NCBI GenBank assembly: GCA_051362555.1 | Contig: CM120648.1 | Span: 14,256,587 to 14,320,586 of the forward strand | DNA: 64,000 nt | Direction: 5' to 3' | Origin: Lingula anatina | Lineage: Eukaryota; Animalia; Brachiopoda | Shown: positions 62,950-64,000 of the stretch, piece after piece | Layout: every line of letters begins with the position of its first letter | How positions within the stretch are numbered: position 1 is the stretch's first letter | Notes under the pieces: model-generated | What the model was told of the DNA's origin: nothing | Database searches by the model: none | What the model saw: only the letters and a program-made list of their open reading frames with translations | Program-made: the position numbers and the translations under genes

Positions 62950-63510
62950 TTATACTGTATCTCCAAAACTGGCAGAGATAGGTCCATAGTTACTTAGTTA
63001 CTATTGAAGTTGAATAGGAAGTCGCATACTGGCAATTTAACTGTGACCTTGAAATTGACCTTTGGCCTACTTTTCACCATGAACTGAACTTTAAAACATT
63101 TAAGTCCCTTATCTCTCCAAAACTGGCAAAGAAATGCCCATAGTTACTATTGAAATTGAATAGGGAGTCATATACTGGCATTCTAACTGTGCCCTTAAAA
63201 TTGACCTTTGACCTACTTTTCACCATAAACTGAACTCTGCAACTTTTTTAATGCTGTTACTTTCAAAACTGGCAAAGATACGACTACAGTTACTATTGAA
63301 TTTGATAGGAAGTCATGTGAGGCAATTTAACTGTGACCTTTAAATTGACCTTTGACCTACTTTTCATCATGAATTGAGCTTTGCAAATTTTCAGAAATCA
63401 TATACTGGTAAACTGTGACCTTGAAATTGACCTTTGACCTACTTTTCATGATAAACTGCACTTTGCAAATTTTCTGATCTTTATATCTCAAAAACTGGCA
63501 AAGATACGTC
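62950..63510 (+). repeat. ~145-bp degenerate tandem repeat with TGACCTTTGACCT (block 2)
   Basis: TTGACCTTTG anchor at ~63055, 63201, 63345 and a shortened unit at ~63428. Confidence 0.8.
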
Positions 63511-63619
63511 TGTCAAGATACTTCATGGTATATTACCACTTCATGGGATAAATGCTCTGATTTTACTGTCAAATCGACTTCATAGGATAAGTTGCGACTT
63601 CATCTCCACATAAAATTGT

Positions 63620-63692
63620 CATTGAATTTAGGTAGATCAGCGGCGATTCAACTGTTTTCAACGTTGATCCAACGTCATTATGCATGCTGGGT
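63620..63692 (-). mobile_element. CCCAGCA-type TIR fragment, inverted relative to ~60835-60912
   Basis: TGAATTTAGGTAGATCA...TTTTCAACGTTGATCCAACG...TGCTGGG is the reverse complement of ~60835-60912; ORFs 60815- and 63592+ share LNLGRS...FSTLIQR.YACWV. Confidence 0.65.
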
Positions 63693-64000
63693 AACCCCCG
63701 TGAGGATAATCCGATATAAAATATCTTTATATATCTTTAACTATATTGATAAAGTAAGCATTTTCTCTTCCCTACTCCCACTTTCCAAGTGGGCATATTT
63801 TGACTGTAAGGTTCACATTCTTTTACATATTTTTTAAAAAATAAGACAGTTAAGGCTCCAAATTTCGTTGATAAGTATGGGACTATACCAATTTTCAAAT
63901 CAAACACTAAATACCATATTCTTACTCAAACAATGATTGAAAAAACTTTTTTGGTTTTAATATATAAAAAATCCCCCAAAACGACCTCCTATGACCTTTG

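Overview
AT-rich, non-coding eukaryotic DNA; the repeat types resemble those of molluscs and other lophotrochozoans (inference). I see no credible protein-coding gene, RNA gene or CRISPR array. The window is dominated by one giant inverted repeat of at least 54.6 kb (position 1 pairs with 54597, so the left arm probably continues beyond the window). Layout: flanking arm (1-8566) > 129-bp satellite array (~9.07-18.44 kb) > purine-rich GAGACGTGTA repeat block (18.44-20.59 kb) | pyrimidine-rich mirror block (20.59-23.57 kb) < inverted 129-bp array (23.57-45.96 kb) < flanking arm (45961-54597). The outer arms are nearly identical, while the two arrays and the two core halves have diverged independently and have different higher-order repeats (left array 7-mer/22-mer; right array 30-mer with 27- and 19-mer variants; core 147 bp versus ~560-580 bp). 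The rest (54.6-64 kb) is a mosaic of transposon relics: Helentron/HINE-like elements, several MITEs and an interrupted L1/Tx1 LINE fragment. All counts and identities were read by eye, not computed.
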